The notes under the pieces: model-generated
What the model was told of the DNA's origin: nothing
Seen by the model: the letters and a program-made list of their open reading frames with translations, nothing else
The model's database searches: none
Program-made: the position numbers and the translations under genes
From: an uncultured Actinomycetes bacterium
GTDB taxonomy: Bacteria; Actinomycetota; Thermoleophilia; Gaiellales; JALYLC01
NCBI GenBank assembly: GCA_963845865.1
Contig: CAWJTT010000023.1
Coordinates: 1,722-65,721 of the forward strand
Length of the DNA stretch: 64,000 nt
Direction of reading: 5' to 3'
Shown: positions 16,649-29,744 of the stretch, one piece after another
How the letters are laid out: every line of letters begins with the position of its first letter
Position numbering within the stretch: the stretch's first letter is position 1

Positions 16649-18754
16649 ATGCCTCAAGTCGCAACTCAGAAGGACACCCGGATTCCGAAGATGGACGAGC
16701 TCGGCCTGGTCCGGAACATCGGGATCATGGCCCACATCGACGCCGGCAAGACCACGGCGACCGAGCGCATCCTCTTCTACACGGGCAAGACGCACAAGAT
16801 CGGCGAGGTGCACGAGGGCTCCGCGACGATGGACTGGATGGCGCAGGAGCAGGAGCGCGGCATCACGATCACGTCTGCCGCGACGACCGCGTTCTGGCGC
16901 GACCATCGCATCAACATCATCGACACTCCCGGCCACGTTGACTTTACGGTCGAGGTCGAGCGGTCGCTGCGCGTGCTCGATGGCGCGGTCGCGCTCTTCG
17001 ACGCCGTGGCCGGCGTGCAGCCCCAGTCGGAGACCGTCTGGCGCCAGGCCGACAAGTACGCCGTTCCGCGCCTCGTGTTCATCAACAAGATGGACCGGGT
17101 GGGCGCCGACTTCGACGCCTCCGTGCAGTCGATCGTCGACCGGCTCGGCGCGCGCCCGGTTCCGATCCAGCTGCCGATCGGCGCCGAGGACGGGTTCGAG
17201 GGCATCATCGACCTGGTCGAGCGCAAGGCGATCCGCTACACCGATTCGCTCGGCGACACCTGGGAAGAGGGCGAGATCCCGCGCCGCGCTGGCCGCCGAG
17301 GCCGACGCCGCGCGCCACGAGCTGATCGAGGCCGTCGCAGACCACGACGAGGACATCGCGATGGCGTTCCTCGAGGACGAGGAGATCGACGGCGCGCGCC
17401 TGCGCGCTGCGATCCGCGCCTGCACGCTCGACCTCTCGATCACGCCGGTGCTGTGCGGCTCGGCGTTCAAGAACAAGGGCGTCCAGCCGCTGCTCGACGG
17501 GATCGTCGACTACCTGCCGACGCCGCTCGACAAGGGCGCCGTCACGGGCGTCGACCCGAAGACCGGCGAGGAGGTCGTGCGCAAGCCGAGCCTCGACGAG
17601 CCGTTCTGCGCGCTCGCGTTCAAGATCATGTCCGACCCGTTCGTCGGCAAGCTGACGTACTTCCGCGTCTACTCCGGCGTGCTCAAGGCCGGCTCGCACA
17701 TCTACAACCCGGCCACGGGCCGCAAGGAGCGCGTCGGCCGCATCCTGCAGATGCACGCCAACAGCCGCGAGGAGCGCGACTCGGTGGGCGCCGGCGAGAT
17801 CGCCGCCGCCGTGGGCCTCAAGCAGGTGACGACCGGCCACACGCTCTGCGACGAGGCGCACCAGATCCTGCTGGAGTCGATCACGTTCCCGGATCCCGTC
17901 ATCGGGCTGGCCGTCGAGCCGAAGACGAAGGCCGACCAGGACAAGCTCGCCAACGCGCTCGCGCGCCTCTCCGAGGAGGACCCGACCTTCCGCGTGCACA
18001 CCGACGACGAGACCGGTCAGGTCGTCATCTCGGGCATGGGCGAGCTGCACCTCGAGATCATCGTCGACCGCCTCGTGCGCGAGTTCAGCGTGGCGGCCAA
18101 CGTCGGCAAGCCGCAGGTCGCCTACCGCGAGACCATCCGCAAGAAGGTCGAGAAGGTGCAGGGCAAGTTCGTGCGCCAGACCGGCGGCCGCGGCCAGTAC
18201 GGCGACGCCGTCATCACGATGGAGCCGAATCCCGGCAAGGGCTACGAGTTCGTCAACGCCATCACCGGCGGCGTGATCCCGCGGGAGTACATCTCCTCGG
18301 TCGACGCCGGCATCCGCGAGGCGATGGAGTCCGGCACGCGTCGCCGGCTATCCCGTGGTCGACGTCAAGGTCGACGCTGACCTACGGCTCCTACCACGAC
18401 GTCGACTCGTCCGAGATCGCGTTCAAGGTCGCCGGCTCGATGGCGTTCAAGGCGGGCATGCCCAAGGCGGACCCGGCGCTGCTCGAGCCGGTCTTCGAGG
18501 TCGAGGTCGAGACGCCCGAGGAGTACATGGGCGACGTGATCGGCGACCTGTCCTCGCGCCGCGGCCGGATCCTCAGCATGGAGAAGCGCGGCAAGACCCA
18601 GATCGTCAAGGCGCGCGTGCCGCTCTCCACGATGTTCGGCTACGCGACCTCGATGCGCTCGCTGTCCCAGGGGCGCGCGACCTACACCATGCAGTTCGCA
18701 AACTACGAGGAAGTCCCCAAGGCGCTCGCCGACGAGATCGTCGCGGGTCGCTGA
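16649..18754 (+). CDS. fusA: Elongation factor G; three single-base insertions (about 17282, 18339, 18373), so the middle part is out of frame although the ORF looks intact
   Basis: The N-terminus is in frame 2 ([14 protein letters not shown]...EGEIP). The true middle is in ORF 16938..18380 ([24 protein letters not shown]...[10 protein letters not shown]). A short stretch [11 protein letters not shown] lies in a third frame. The C-terminus [18 protein letters not shown] returns to frame 2. Confidence 0.95.
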   Translation: MPQVATQKDTRIPKMDELGLVRNIGIMAHIDAGKTTATERILFYTGKTHKIGEVHEGSATMDWMAQEQERGITITSAATTAFWRDHRINIIDTPGHVDFTVEVERSLRVLDGAVALFDAVAGVQPQSETVWRQADKYAVPRLVFINKMDRVGADFDASVQSIVDRLGARPVPIQLPIGAEDGFEGIIDLVERKAIRYTDSLGDTWEEGEIPRRAGRRGRRRAPRADRGRRRPRRGHRDGVPRGRGDRRRAPARCDPRLHARPLDHAGAVRLGVQEQGRPAAARRDRRLPADAARQGRRHGRRPEDRRGGRAQAEPRRAVLRARVQDHVRPVRRQADVLPRLLRRAQGRLAHLQPGHGPQGARRPHPADARQQPRGARLGGRRRDRRRRGPQAGDDRPHALRRGAPDPAGVDHVPGSRHRAGRRAEDEGRPGQARQRARAPLRGGPDLPRAHRRRDRSGRHLGHGRAAPRDHRRPPRARVQRGGQRRQAAGRLPRDHPQEGREGAGQVRAPDRRPRPVRRRRHHDGAESRQGLRVRQRHHRRRDPAGVHLLGRRRHPRGDGVRHASPAIPWSTSRSTLTYGSYHDVDSSEIAFKVAGSMAFKAGMPKADPALLEPVFEVEVETPEEYMGDVIGDLSSRRGRILSMEKRGKTQIVKARVPLSTMFGYATSMRSLSQGRATYTMQFANYEEVPKALADEIVAGR

Positions 18755-18817
18755 CCACAAGCATTCCAGGGCCCTCGGGCCCGAAATACGACACGGCTCA
18801 AGGAGTACGAACCGGCG

Positions 18818-20011
<1,194 letters not shown>

Positions 20012-20072
20012 CGAGGAGACCGTCGATCGCCCCGGCCCGCACGACGCGGGCCCGGGCGACGCGCCGACCGCA

Positions 20073-20381
20073 ATGGCACAGCAGAAGATCCGCATCCGCC
20101 TCAAGGGCTACGACCACGCGCAGCTCGACCTCTCGGCGCGCTCCATCGTCGAGACCGCGCAGCGCACCGGCGCGACCGTCTCCGGTCCTGTTCCCCTGCC
20201 GACCGAGAAGAACGTCTACTGCGTGATCCGCGGTCCGTTCAAGGACAAGGACGCCCGCGAGCATTTCGAGATCCGCACGCACAAGCGTCTGATCGACATC
20301 CATCAGCCCACGCCGAAGACGGTCGACGCGCTCATGCGCCTCGACCTGCCGGCCGGGGTCGACATCGAGATCAAGCTGTAG
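20073..20381 (+). CDS. rpsJ: 30S ribosomal protein S10
   Basis: 102 aa, [19 protein letters not shown]...; first gene of the S10 operon. Confidence 0.97.
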   Translation: MAQQKIRIRLKGYDHAQLDLSARSIVETAQRTGATVSGPVPLPTEKNVYCVIRGPFKDKDAREHFEIRTHKRLIDIHQPTPKTVDALMRLDLPAGVDIEIKL

Positions 20382-20390
20382 GCGAGGGCA

Positions 20391-21008
20391 ATGGCGAAAG
20401 TCATCATCGGCCGCAAGCTCGGCATGACGCAGTTCTTCACGGAGGACGGCGGCCGGATCGCGGTCACCGTGATCCAGGCCGGGCCGTGCCCCGTCTCGCA
20501 GGTCAAGACCGTCGCCGACCACGGCTACGACGCGATCCAGCTCGCCTACCTCGAAGTGCCCGAGCGCAAGCTCTCCAAGCCCGAGCGCGGGCATCTGGGC
20601 AAGCACGACATCGCCCCTCATCGCCACCTGCACGAGTTCCGCGGCGCATTCGAGCTCGCCGCGGGCGAGGTCGTGACGGTCGAGGGCTTCGACCCGGGCG
20701 ACGCGATCAAGGTCAGCGGGCGCTCCAAGGGCAAGGGCTTCGCCGGCACGATCAAGCGCCACGGCTTCTCGCGTGGGCCGGTCACGCACGGCTCGCACAA
20801 CGTGCGCGCTCCGGGCTCGATCGGCCAGTCGGCGACGCCTTCGCGCGTGATCAAGGGCGTGCGCATGGCGGGGCACATGGGCAACAAGAACATCACGCAG
20901 CGCGGCCTGCAGGTGCTGGATCGCGATGTCGAGCGCAATCTGCTGCTCGTCACGGGCGCGGTCCCGGGCCCGACCGGCGGCCTCGTGTTCGTGCTGGAGG
21001 ATCGCTGA
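20391..21008 (+). CDS. rplC: 50S ribosomal protein L3
   Basis: 205 aa, MAKVIIGRKLGMTQFFTEDG...GKGFAGTIKRHGFSRGPVTHGS. Confidence 0.97.
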   Translation: MAKVIIGRKLGMTQFFTEDGGRIAVTVIQAGPCPVSQVKTVADHGYDAIQLAYLEVPERKLSKPERGHLGKHDIAPHRHLHEFRGAFELAAGEVVTVEGFDPGDAIKVSGRSKGKGFAGTIKRHGFSRGPVTHGSHNVRAPGSIGQSATPSRVIKGVRMAGHMGNKNITQRGLQVLDRDVERNLLLVTGAVPGPTGGLVFVLEDR

Positions 21009-21625
21009 TGGCCGCTCTCACCGCACCTGTCGTGGGCGGCAAGGGCACGATCGAGCTCGCGGCCGATGTCTTCGGCCACGAGACGCATCGCCAGCTGCTC
21101 TACGAGGCAGTGCGAGCGGAGATGCTCGCGCGCCGCCAGGGCACGTCCCAGACCAAGACCCGCGGGCAAGTGGCCGGCGGCGCTTCGAAGCCGTGGCGCC
21201 AGAAGGGCACCGGTCGCGCGCGCGCCGGCACGACCCGCTCGCCGCTGTGGCGGGGCGGAGGCGTCACCTTCGGCCCGCACCCCCGCGACTACGGCGTCAA
21301 GATGAACCGCAAGGCGGCGCGGCGGGCCAAGCTGATCGCGCTCTCGCAGCACGCCGCTCTCGAGAGCCTCGGCGTCTTCGACGGCGCGGCGTTCGCCTCT
21401 CCCAAGACGAGCGAGGCCGGTGCCATGCTCAAGGCCTGGGGCCAGGAGTTCCCGCTCGTCGTGCTCGTGGGCGAGGAGGAGTCGGCCGCGGCCCTCTCCT
21501 TCCGCAACCTCGAGCGCGTGATCGTCGCCTGGGTCGAGGACATCACCGTCGTCGAGCTCCTCTGGGCGCGCAGCCTGCTCGTCTCGCAGGTCGCCCTCGC
21601 CGAGTTGCAGGGAGGTGCCGAGTGA
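21008..21625 (+). CDS. rplD: 50S ribosomal protein L4
   Basis: The ATG at 21008 overlaps the rplC stop. The product contains ...[30 protein letters not shown] and is 205 aa. Confidence 0.95.
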   Translation: MAALTAPVVGGKGTIELAADVFGHETHRQLLYEAVRAEMLARRQGTSQTKTRGQVAGGASKPWRQKGTGRARAGTTRSPLWRGGGVTFGPHPRDYGVKMNRKAARRAKLIALSQHAALESLGVFDGAAFASPKTSEAGAMLKAWGQEFPLVVLVGEEESAAALSFRNLERVIVAWVEDITVVELLWARSLLVSQVALAELQGGAE

Positions 21626-21924
21626 CCTCGGTGACCACCGATCCGCGCCACGTGATCCTCGAGCCGGTCGTCTCGGAGAAGGCCTACAACCTGATCCAGT
21701 TCGACAAGTACACGTTCAAGGTGCACCCGACGGCGCACAAGACGCAGGTCCGCCAGGCAATCGAGCTGCTGTTCGGCGTGCACGTCGTGGCGGTCAAGAT
21801 CGTCAACGTGCCGGGCAAGCCCAAGCGCCGCGGCCAGACGACGGGGTTCCGGCCCGGGTACAAGAAGGCGATCATCCAGCTGCGCGCCGGCGATTCGATC
21901 GAGCTCTTCGAGGGGGCGCGCTGA
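21622..21924 (+). CDS. rplW: 50S ribosomal protein L23
   Basis: GTG at 21622 (GTGA overlap with the rplD stop) follows GGAGGTG. The product contains [18 protein letters not shown]...[18 protein letters not shown]. Confidence 0.95.
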   Translation: MTSVTTDPRHVILEPVVSEKAYNLIQFDKYTFKVHPTAHKTQVRQAIELLFGVHVVAVKIVNVPGKPKRRGQTTGFRPGYKKAIIQLRAGDSIELFEGAR

Positions 21925-22763
21925 TGGGTGTCCGACAGTTCAAGCCCACCTCGCCGGGTCGTCGCTTCATGACGATCTCGGATTTCGACGAGGTCACGCG
22001 GGACAAGCCGGAGAAGAGCCTGCTCGCTCCGGTCAAGCGCCACGGCGGCCGCAACAACACCGGGCGCATCACCACGCGCCACCAGGGCGGCGGCCACAAG
22101 CGCCGCTACCGCATCATCGACTTCAAGCGGCGCAAGGACGGCGTTCCGGCGACCGTGGCGTCGATCGAGTACGACCCCAACCGCTCGGCGCGCATCGCGC
22201 TGCTGCATTACGTCGACGGCCACAAGGCCTACATCCTGGCGCCGGCCCGCCTCGGCGTCGGGGCGACCGTGCAATCCGGTGCCGATGCCGACATCAAGGT
22301 CGGCAACTGCCTACCGCTCTCGGCGATCCCGACCGGCACGATCGTGCACGCCGTCGAGCTGCGTCCGGGTCAGGGCGCTCGCATGGTGCGCTCGGCCGGC
22401 GCGAGCGCGCAGCTCGTCGCCCGTGAGGAAGGGCGCGCGCTCCTGCGCTTGCCCTCCGGTGAGCTGCGGCGCGTCCCCGAGACCTGCCGCGCGACGATCG
22501 GCTCCGTCTCGAACGCGATGCATCAGAACCAGTCGAGCGGCAAGGCCGGCCGCTCGCGCTGGCTCGGCAAGCGCCCCACGGTGCGAGGCACGGCAATGAA
22601 CCCCGTCGATCATCCGCACGGCGGCGGCGAGGGCAAGAACAAGGGCAGTCACCCGGTCACGCCGTGGGGCAAGATCACGCTCGGCCGGCGAACCCGTGAC
22701 CCCAAGAAGGCAAGCTCCCGCGACATCGTCCGCGGACGCAAGCGCGGGAAGGGCAGGTCGTAG
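21924..22763 (+). CDS. rplB: 50S ribosomal protein L2
   Basis: [17 protein letters not shown]...[19 protein letters not shown]...[11 protein letters not shown], 279 aa. Confidence 0.97.
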   Translation: MGVRQFKPTSPGRRFMTISDFDEVTRDKPEKSLLAPVKRHGGRNNTGRITTRHQGGGHKRRYRIIDFKRRKDGVPATVASIEYDPNRSARIALLHYVDGHKAYILAPARLGVGATVQSGADADIKVGNCLPLSAIPTGTIVHAVELRPGQGARMVRSAGASAQLVAREEGRALLRLPSGELRRVPETCRATIGSVSNAMHQNQSSGKAGRSRWLGKRPTVRGTAMNPVDHPHGGGEGKNKGSHPVTPWGKITLGRRTRDPKKASSRDIVRGRKRGKGRS

Positions 22764-22766
22764 GGC

Positions 22767-23042
22767 ATGTCTCGTAGCTCCAAGAAGGGACCGTTCATCG
22801 AGGAGCGCCTCATGCGGCGCGTCGAGGAGATGAACGCCACGCGCTCGAAGCGCATGATCAAGACGTGGTCGCGCACCTCGACGATCTTCCCCGAGATGGT
22901 CGGGCACACGATCGCGGTGCACGACGGGCGCAAGCACGTGCCCGTGTTCGTATCCGAGTCCATGGTCGGACACAAGCTCGGCGAGTTCGCCCCGACGCGC
23001 ACGTATCGCGGGCACGCCGACAAGCAGGCGAAGCGGCGGTAG
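22767..23042 (+). CDS. rpsS: 30S ribosomal protein S19
   Basis: 91 aa, [19 protein letters not shown]...[16 protein letters not shown]. Confidence 0.97.
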   Translation: MSRSSKKGPFIEERLMRRVEEMNATRSKRMIKTWSRTSTIFPEMVGHTIAVHDGRKHVPVFVSESMVGHKLGEFAPTRTYRGHADKQAKRR

Positions 23043-23044
23043 AC

Positions 23045-23832
23045 GTGGCGACCGCGACCGATCAACCCACCCTCGTGCGGGCGCAGATCCGCCACCTGCG
23101 CTGCTCTGCGCGCAAGGCGCGCGTGATCCTGGACGACGTGCGCGGCATGCCCGTCACCAAAGCGCAGGCCACGCTGCAGTTCTCGCCGCGCGCCGCCGCC
23201 CGCGACGTCCTCGGCCTGCTCAAGTCCGCGACGGCGAACGCCCGCGAGAATCACGAGATCGATCAGTCGGAGCTCGTGATCGACCGCTGCTACGCCGACG
23301 AGGATCGCACGCTCAAGCGCTTCAAGCCGCGCGCTCGCGGCCGTGCCTCGAGCATCCACAAGCGGATGTGCCACGTCACGATCGTGCTGCGGCACGTCCC
23401 CGCGGCTGCGCCGCGCGACCTCTCCGCGGCCGAGGCGACGATCGCCGCCGAGAGCCGACGGCGCCCCCGCGCACGCCGGGCGACGGGCGCCGCCGCGCCG
23501 ACTCCCGCAGCTGAGGCGGCCGTGGTCGAGGAGACCGCGGTCGAGGAGACCGCTGCGCCCGCAGCCGGGGAGAGCGTGGTCGAGGAAAGCGCGCCGCCCA
23601 AGCGCAAGCCCGCCGCCCGCAAGCCGAAGGCCCCGGCGGCCGAGGAGACCGCGGAGACGGAGCCCGAGGCCGCCGCCCCGAAGGCGCGCAAGCCCCGTGG
23701 CGCCGAGCCTGCCGAGCCGAAGGCCGAGACGCCCAGGGCGCCGCGCAAGAAGCCTGCCGCGAAGTCCACAGAACCGGCTGAACAGGCCGCCGAGGATGCG
23801 GCCGAGAAGACCGCCGACGAAGGGGACTCGTA

Positions 23833-23833
<1 letters not shown>
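23045..23833 (+). CDS. rplV: 50S ribosomal protein L22 with an approximately 145-aa Ala/Glu/Pro/Lys-rich C-terminal extension
   Basis: GTG at 23045. The L22 core reads VRAQIRHLRCSARKARVILDDVRGMPVTKAQATLQFSP...RASSIHKRMCHVTIVL. A low-complexity tail follows (PAAEAAVVEETAVEETAAPAAGE...KPAARKPKAPAAEE...). Confidence 0.93.
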
Positions 23834-24848
<1,015 letters not shown>

Positions 24849-24849
<1 letters not shown>

Positions 24850-25274
24850 TGCTCCTCCCACGCCGTTTCAAGTACCGCAAGCAGCAGCGCGGCAGCCGCG
24901 CCGGAATGTCGAAGGGGCACCAGACGGTGCAGTTCGGCGAGTTCGGCCTGAAGTCGCTCGAGAACGGCTGGATCACCAACCGGCAGATCGAGGCCGCACG
25001 TATCGCGATGACGCGCAAGATCCGCCGTCGCGGCAAGGTCTGGATCACGATCTTCCCGGACAAGCCGGTCAGCCAGAAGCCCCTCGAGACCCGCATGGGC
25101 TCGGGCAAGGGACCGCCCGAGCGCTACGTCGCCGTCGTCAAGCCGGGACGCGTCATGTTCGAGCTCGCCGGTGTGCCGGAGCCGCTCGCGCGCGAGGCGA
25201 TCCGCCTGGCCGCGATGAAGCTGCCCCTGCGGACGAAGTTCGTCAAGCGGGAGGGTGATCTCTTTGAAGGCTAG
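24849..25274 (+). CDS. rplP: 50S ribosomal protein L16
   Basis: 141 aa, [20 protein letters not shown]...[22 protein letters not shown]. Confidence 0.97.
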
Positions 25275-25467
25275 TGAGATCCAGGACCTGACCGACGACG
25301 AGGTCGCCCAGAAGCTCGAGGAAGGTCGCCGTGAGCTGTTCAACCTGCGCTTCCAGCACGCCACGGGAGCGCTCGAGAACACCCATCGGCTGAGTTTGGT
25401 CAAGAAGCAGATCGCGCGCCTGCTGACGCTGCAACTCCAGCGTGCGGCCGCGAAGGAGCGTGCGTGA
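25264..25467 (+). CDS. rpmC: 50S ribosomal protein L29 (TTG start at 25264 preferred; ORF track starts at GTG 25255)
   Basis: GGAGG (25250-25254) lies 9 nt before the TTG. The product reads (M)[34 protein letters not shown]. Confidence 0.9.
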   Translation: MKASEIQDLTDDEVAQKLEEGRRELFNLRFQHATGALENTHRLSLVKKQIARLLTLQLQRAAAKERA

Positions 25468-26189
25468 TGGCGGAAGACGACACCCAGGCCGACGAGCAGG
25501 CAGCGGTCCCCGAGGCCGACGCTGCGGCCGTGGGCGAGGAGCCGGCGAAGCCGGCCAAGCGCACGCGTGCCAAGAAGGCCGCCGAGCCGGTGGCCGAGGA
25601 GGCCGCTCCGCCCGCCGACGCCGAGGAGGCCGCGCCGCCCGCCGACGCCGAGGAGGAAGTCGCCCCGGTTGCGGATGAGCCCGCCGCGGTGGCCGACGAG
25701 GCTCCCGTGGCCGAGGAGGAGGCTGCGCCGACCGCCGACGCCTCGGCGGACGCGGAGGGAGCGCCCCAGGCCGAGGAGCCGGAGGCCAAGCCTGCGCGCG
25801 CACCGCGTGCCAAGAAGGCCGCGGAACCGGCCGACGCTGCCCCCAAGCCGAAGCGCACCTCGCGGCCGAAGCCACTCAAGAAGGACGCGCGGCCCAAGGA
25901 GCGCAAGCCGCACGTGCGCGAACCGCGACCGCTGCCCGTCGAGGGCCGTCGCAAGGAGCGGCGCGGCATCGTCGTCTCGGCCGCCATGGACAAGACGATC
26001 ACGATCCGCATCGACTCCGCCAAGCCGCACCCCAAGTACCACAAGATCGTGCGCCGCTCCACGCGCCTGCACGTGCACGACGAGCGCAACGAGGCAGGCG
26101 TGGGCGACGTCGTGCGCATCGTCGAGACGCGTCCGCTCTCCAAGCTGAAGCGCTGGCGCATGGTCGAGATCGTCGAGAAGGCGAAGTGA
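25464..26189 (+). CDS. rpsQ: 30S ribosomal protein S17 with an approximately 160-aa acidic Ala/Pro/Glu-rich N-terminal extension
   Basis: 241-aa ORF. The S17 core occupies only the last approximately 80 aa ([69 protein letters not shown]). GAAGGAG precedes the GTG/ATG at 25464/25467. Confidence 0.9.
   Translation: MMAEDDTQADEQAAVPEADAAAVGEEPAKPAKRTRAKKAAEPVAEEAAPPADAEEAAPPADAEEEVAPVADEPAAVADEAPVAEEEAAPTADASADAEGAPQAEEPEAKPARAPRAKKAAEPADAAPKPKRTSRPKPLKKDARPKERKPHVREPRPLPVEGRRKERRGIVVSAAMDKTITIRIDSAKPHPKYHKIVRRSTRLHVHDERNEAGVGDVVRIVETRPLSKLKRWRMVEIVEKAK
25596..25656 (+). repeat. 27-bp in-frame tandem repeat (2.3 copies) inside the S17 extension
   Basis: GAGGAGGCCGC(T/G)CCGCCCGCCGACGCC occurs at 25596-25622 and 25623-25649, plus a partial copy. 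It encodes EEAAPPADA x2. Confidence 0.9.
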
Positions 26190-26193
26190 CCCG

Positions 26194-26562
26194 ATGATCC
26201 AGGCCGAGACACGGCTGCGCGTGGCCGACAACACGGGTGCCAGGGAGATCCTCTGCATCCGCGTGCGCGGCGGCTCGAAGCGCCGCTACGCACGCGTAGG
26301 GGATGTGATCGTGGGCGCCGTCAAGCAGGCGACGCCGAACGGCTCCGTCAAGAAGGGCGAGGTCGTCACCGCCGTCGTCGTGCGCACGAAGAAGTCCTTC
26401 GCACGTGACGACGGCACCTACATCGCGTTCGACGACAACGCGGCCGTGATCATCGACGCGGCGCGCAACCCGCGCGGCACGCGCATCTTCGGGCCCGTCG
26501 CGCGCGAGCTGCGCGAGCGCAACTTCATGAAGATCGTCTCGCTCGCCCCGGAGGTGCTCTGA
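26194..26562 (+). CDS. rplN: 50S ribosomal protein L14
   Basis: 122 aa, [24 protein letters not shown]... Confidence 0.97.
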   Translation: MIQAETRLRVADNTGAREILCIRVRGGSKRRYARVGDVIVGAVKQATPNGSVKKGEVVTAVVVRTKKSFARDDGTYIAFDDNAAVIIDAARNPRGTRIFGPVARELRERNFMKIVSLAPEVL

Positions 26563-26936
26563 TGGCCAATGCGACCAAGACCGCTCCCCGTCTCAAGATC
26601 CGCCGCGGCGATCTCGTCGAGGTGCTGAGCGGGAAGGACGTCGGCCGACGCGGCAAGGTGCTCGAGGTCATCCCCCAGGATCGCCGGGTGCTCGTCGAGA
26701 ACATCAACATGGTCAAGCGCCACACCAAACCGCGTCCCGTCAAGGGCACGCGTGGCGCGCAGATGACGCCAGGTGGCGTGCTCGACATGGCGGCGGCCAT
26801 GCGCATCGACAACGTCGCGCTGGTTTGCCCCAGCTGCAACGAGGCAACCCGCGTCGGCTACCGGATCTCGGAGAATGGCGAGAAGGTCCGCCACTGCCGT
26901 CGTCCCGGCTGCCACAAAGACATCATCGAGAAGTGA
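26562..26936 (+). CDS. rplX: 50S ribosomal protein L24 (form carrying four Cys, CPSC...CRRPGC)
   Basis: 124 aa with the KOW motif [21 protein letters not shown]. The C-terminal part has [12 protein letters not shown]...HCRRPGCH, as in Thermus-type L24. Confidence 0.93.
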   Translation: MANATKTAPRLKIRRGDLVEVLSGKDVGRRGKVLEVIPQDRRVLVENINMVKRHTKPRPVKGTRGAQMTPGGVLDMAAAMRIDNVALVCPSCNEATRVGYRISENGEKVRHCRRPGCHKDIIEK

Positions 26937-26946
26937 CCTGATCGCA

Positions 26947-27510
<564 letters not shown>

Positions 27511-27511
27511 C

Positions 27512-27697
27512 GTGGCGAAGACGTCGCTGAGAGTCAAGGCCGCGAAGACGCACCGGTACAAGGTGCGCAACTACACGCGCTGCAATCGCTGTGGACGGCC
27601 GCGCGCGGTCTTCCGCAAGTTCGGGGTCTGCCGCATCTGCCTGCGCGAGCTCGCGCATCAGGGCGTCATCCCCGGCATGACCAAGTCGAGCTGGTAG
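27512..27697 (+). CDS. rpsN: 30S ribosomal protein S14, type Z (zinc-binding short form)
   Basis: 61 aa, [51 protein letters not shown], with two CxxC pairs. Confidence 0.95.
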   Translation: MAKTSLRVKAAKTHRYKVRNYTRCNRCGRPRAVFRKFGVCRICLRELAHQGVIPGMTKSSW

Positions 27698-27703
27698 GCC
27701 GTC

Positions 27704-28102
27704 ATGCTGACCGATCCAGTCGCCGACATGCTGACCCGCATCCGGAACGCCAACCTGGCGCGCCACGAGACGGTGTCCATGCCCAGCTCCAAGCTCAAGG
27801 TCGAGATCGCTCGCCTGCTGCTCGACGAGGGCTACGTCGAGGCCTTCTCCGTCGGCCGCGGCGAGGAGTCCTATGACGTGCTGACGGTCACGTTGAAGTA
27901 CGCTGACGACCGTCGACGCGTGATCCAGGGCATCAAGCGCATCTCGAAGCCGGGTCGTCGCATCTACGCCAAGGCAGACCGATTGCCGAAGGTGCTCGGC
28001 GGTCTCGGTACCGCCATCATGTCCACCCCCGTAGGCGTGATCACCAGTCGCCAGGCCGCAGAGCGCGGCATCGGCGGCGAGGTGCTCTGCTTCGTCTGGT
28101 AG
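27704..28102 (+). CDS. rpsH: 30S ribosomal protein S8
   Basis: 132 aa, [22 protein letters not shown]... Confidence 0.97.
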   Translation: MLTDPVADMLTRIRNANLARHETVSMPSSKLKVEIARLLLDEGYVEAFSVGRGEESYDVLTVTLKYADDRRRVIQGIKRISKPGRRIYAKADRLPKVLGGLGTAIMSTPVGVITSRQAAERGIGGEVLCFVW

Positions 28103-28109
28103 TCCCGCA

Positions 28110-28643
28110 ATGAGCCGCATCGGAAGAGCCCCAATCACCCTGCCCGCCGGCGTCGAGATCGACATCGGTCCTGGGCGCGTGGGCGTGAAGGGCCCCAGAG
28201 GGACGCTCGAGCAGACCGTCCCGCACGAGATGACCGTGAGCGTCGACGAGGGTGTCGTCACCGTCACGCGTCCGACCGATCGCGGCCCGCACCGCTCGCT
28301 GCACGGCCTCACGCGCACGCTCGTCGCGAACATGGTCGAGGGCGTCACCAACGGCTACGAGAAGCGCCTGGAGATCCAGGGCGTCGGCTACCGCGCCGCG
28401 CTCCGGGGATCGTCGATCGAGCTGTTGCTCGGCTTCTCGCATCCCGTGATCGTGGAGCCGCCGGCGGGCATCGAGTTCGAGATCCCCGCCCCGACCCAGA
28501 TCATCGTGCGTGGCATCGACAAGCAATCCGTCGGGCAGGTCGCAGCGGACATCCGCCGCCTGCGTCCGCCCGAGCCCTACAAGGGCAAGGGCATCCGCTA
28601 CGCGGGCGAGGTCGTCCGCCGCAAGGTCGGGAAGCGCGCATGA
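28110..28643 (+). CDS. rplF: 50S ribosomal protein L6
   Basis: 177 aa, [34 protein letters not shown]... Confidence 0.97.
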   Translation: MSRIGRAPITLPAGVEIDIGPGRVGVKGPRGTLEQTVPHEMTVSVDEGVVTVTRPTDRGPHRSLHGLTRTLVANMVEGVTNGYEKRLEIQGVGYRAALRGSSIELLLGFSHPVIVEPPAGIEFEIPAPTQIIVRGIDKQSVGQVAADIRRLRPPEPYKGKGIRYAGEVVRRKVGKRA

Positions 28644-28984
28644 AGCTCAGCACCGAACAGAAGCGCCGGCGGAGGCACCGCCGGGTGCGCGGCCGGGTGC
28701 ACGGCAGCGCGACTCGCCCGCGGCTGTGCGTGTTCCGGTCCAGCAAGGGCATCTATGCCCAGGTCATCGACGACGACGCGGGCCGCACCCTTGCGGCCGC
28801 CTCGACGCTCGGCCTGGGCAGTGGCACCAAATCCGAAAGGGCTGCCGAGGTCGGCAAGCTCGTGGCGCAGCGCGCACGCGAGGCCGGCGTGGACAGGGTC
28901 GTGTTCGACCGCGGCGGCTACCTCTACCACGGGCGAGTCAAGGCACTCGCCGACGGCGCCCGCGAGGGCGGCTTGGAGTTCTGA
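28640..28984 (+). CDS. rplR: 50S ribosomal protein L18
   Basis: 114 aa, ...[29 protein letters not shown]...[23 protein letters not shown]. Confidence 0.96.
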   Translation: MKLSTEQKRRRRHRRVRGRVHGSATRPRLCVFRSSKGIYAQVIDDDAGRTLAAASTLGLGSGTKSERAAEVGKLVAQRAREAGVDRVVFDRGGYLYHGRVKALADGAREGGLEF

Positions 28985-29544
28985 TGGGACGCATTCCGCA
29001 GCAGCGAGACGGAGGCGAGCTCCAGGAGCGCGTCGTCGAGATCAACCGCGTGGCCAAGGTCGTCAAGGGCGGCCGGCGCTTCTCCTTCACGGCGCTCGTC
29101 GTCGTGGGTGACGAATCCGACCAGGTCGGCATCGGCTACGGCAAGGCCAACGAGGTCCCCGTCGCCATCTCCAAGGCCGTGGACGACGCCAAGAAGAACC
29201 TCTTTCGCGTGCCGCGCTATCGCGCGACGATCCCGCACGAGGTGGTGGGCATCTTCGGCGCCGGGCGCGTGATGCTCAAGCCGGCCGGGCCGGGCACCGG
29301 CGTGATCGCCGGCGCCGGCGTGCGCGCCGTGCTCGAGCTCGCGGGCATTCGCGACATCCTTGCGAAGTCGCTGGGCACGTCGAACCCGATCAACCTCGTG
29401 CGCGCCACCGAGGCCGGCCTGAAGGCGCTCCGGCGCCCCGAGGACGTGGCCAAGCTGCGCGGCAAGTCGGTCGCCGAAGTCCTCCCCCCGCGCGCGCAGC
29501 CTGCCGTGGCCGCGGTCGCCTCCGAGCCGGAGGGCGATGCCTGA
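28984..29544 (+). CDS. rpsE: 30S ribosomal protein S5
   Basis: ATG at 28984. The product contains [29 protein letters not shown]...[19 protein letters not shown] and is 186 aa. Confidence 0.96.
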   Translation: MGRIPQQRDGGELQERVVEINRVAKVVKGGRRFSFTALVVVGDESDQVGIGYGKANEVPVAISKAVDDAKKNLFRVPRYRATIPHEVVGIFGAGRVMLKPAGPGTGVIAGAGVRAVLELAGIRDILAKSLGTSNPINLVRATEAGLKALRRPEDVAKLRGKSVAEVLPPRAQPAVAAVASEPEGDA

Positions 29545-29744
29545 TGGCGATCCGCGTGACCCAGGTGAAGTCGAAGATCGGCCATACGCGCGAGCACCGC
29601 GGTACGCTGAGGGCTCTGGGTCTCGGACGCATCGGCCAGACGGCGGTGCACGAGGACTCGCCCTCGCTGCGAGGGATGCTGCACAGTGTCGCGTTCCTGA
29701 TCCGCGTGGATGAGGGCGAGACGGCTGAAAAGAAGGACGCGTGA
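29544..29744 (+). CDS. rpmD: 50S ribosomal protein L30
   Basis: 66 aa, [46 protein letters not shown]. Confidence 0.93.
   Translation: MAIRVTQVKSKIGHTREHRGTLRALGLGRIGQTAVHEDSPSLRGMLHSVAFLIRVDEGETAEKKDA

Noticed and set aside
17282-18373. Possibility that the frame changes in fusA, rpoB, rplA and the other affected genes are programmed ribosomal frameshifts.
   Set aside because: No slippery heptamer or stimulatory structure is shared at the sites. There are 15 events in 9 unrelated genes, and several need two or three shifts per gene. Programmed shifts are not known for these families, so an indel artefact is the simpler explanation.
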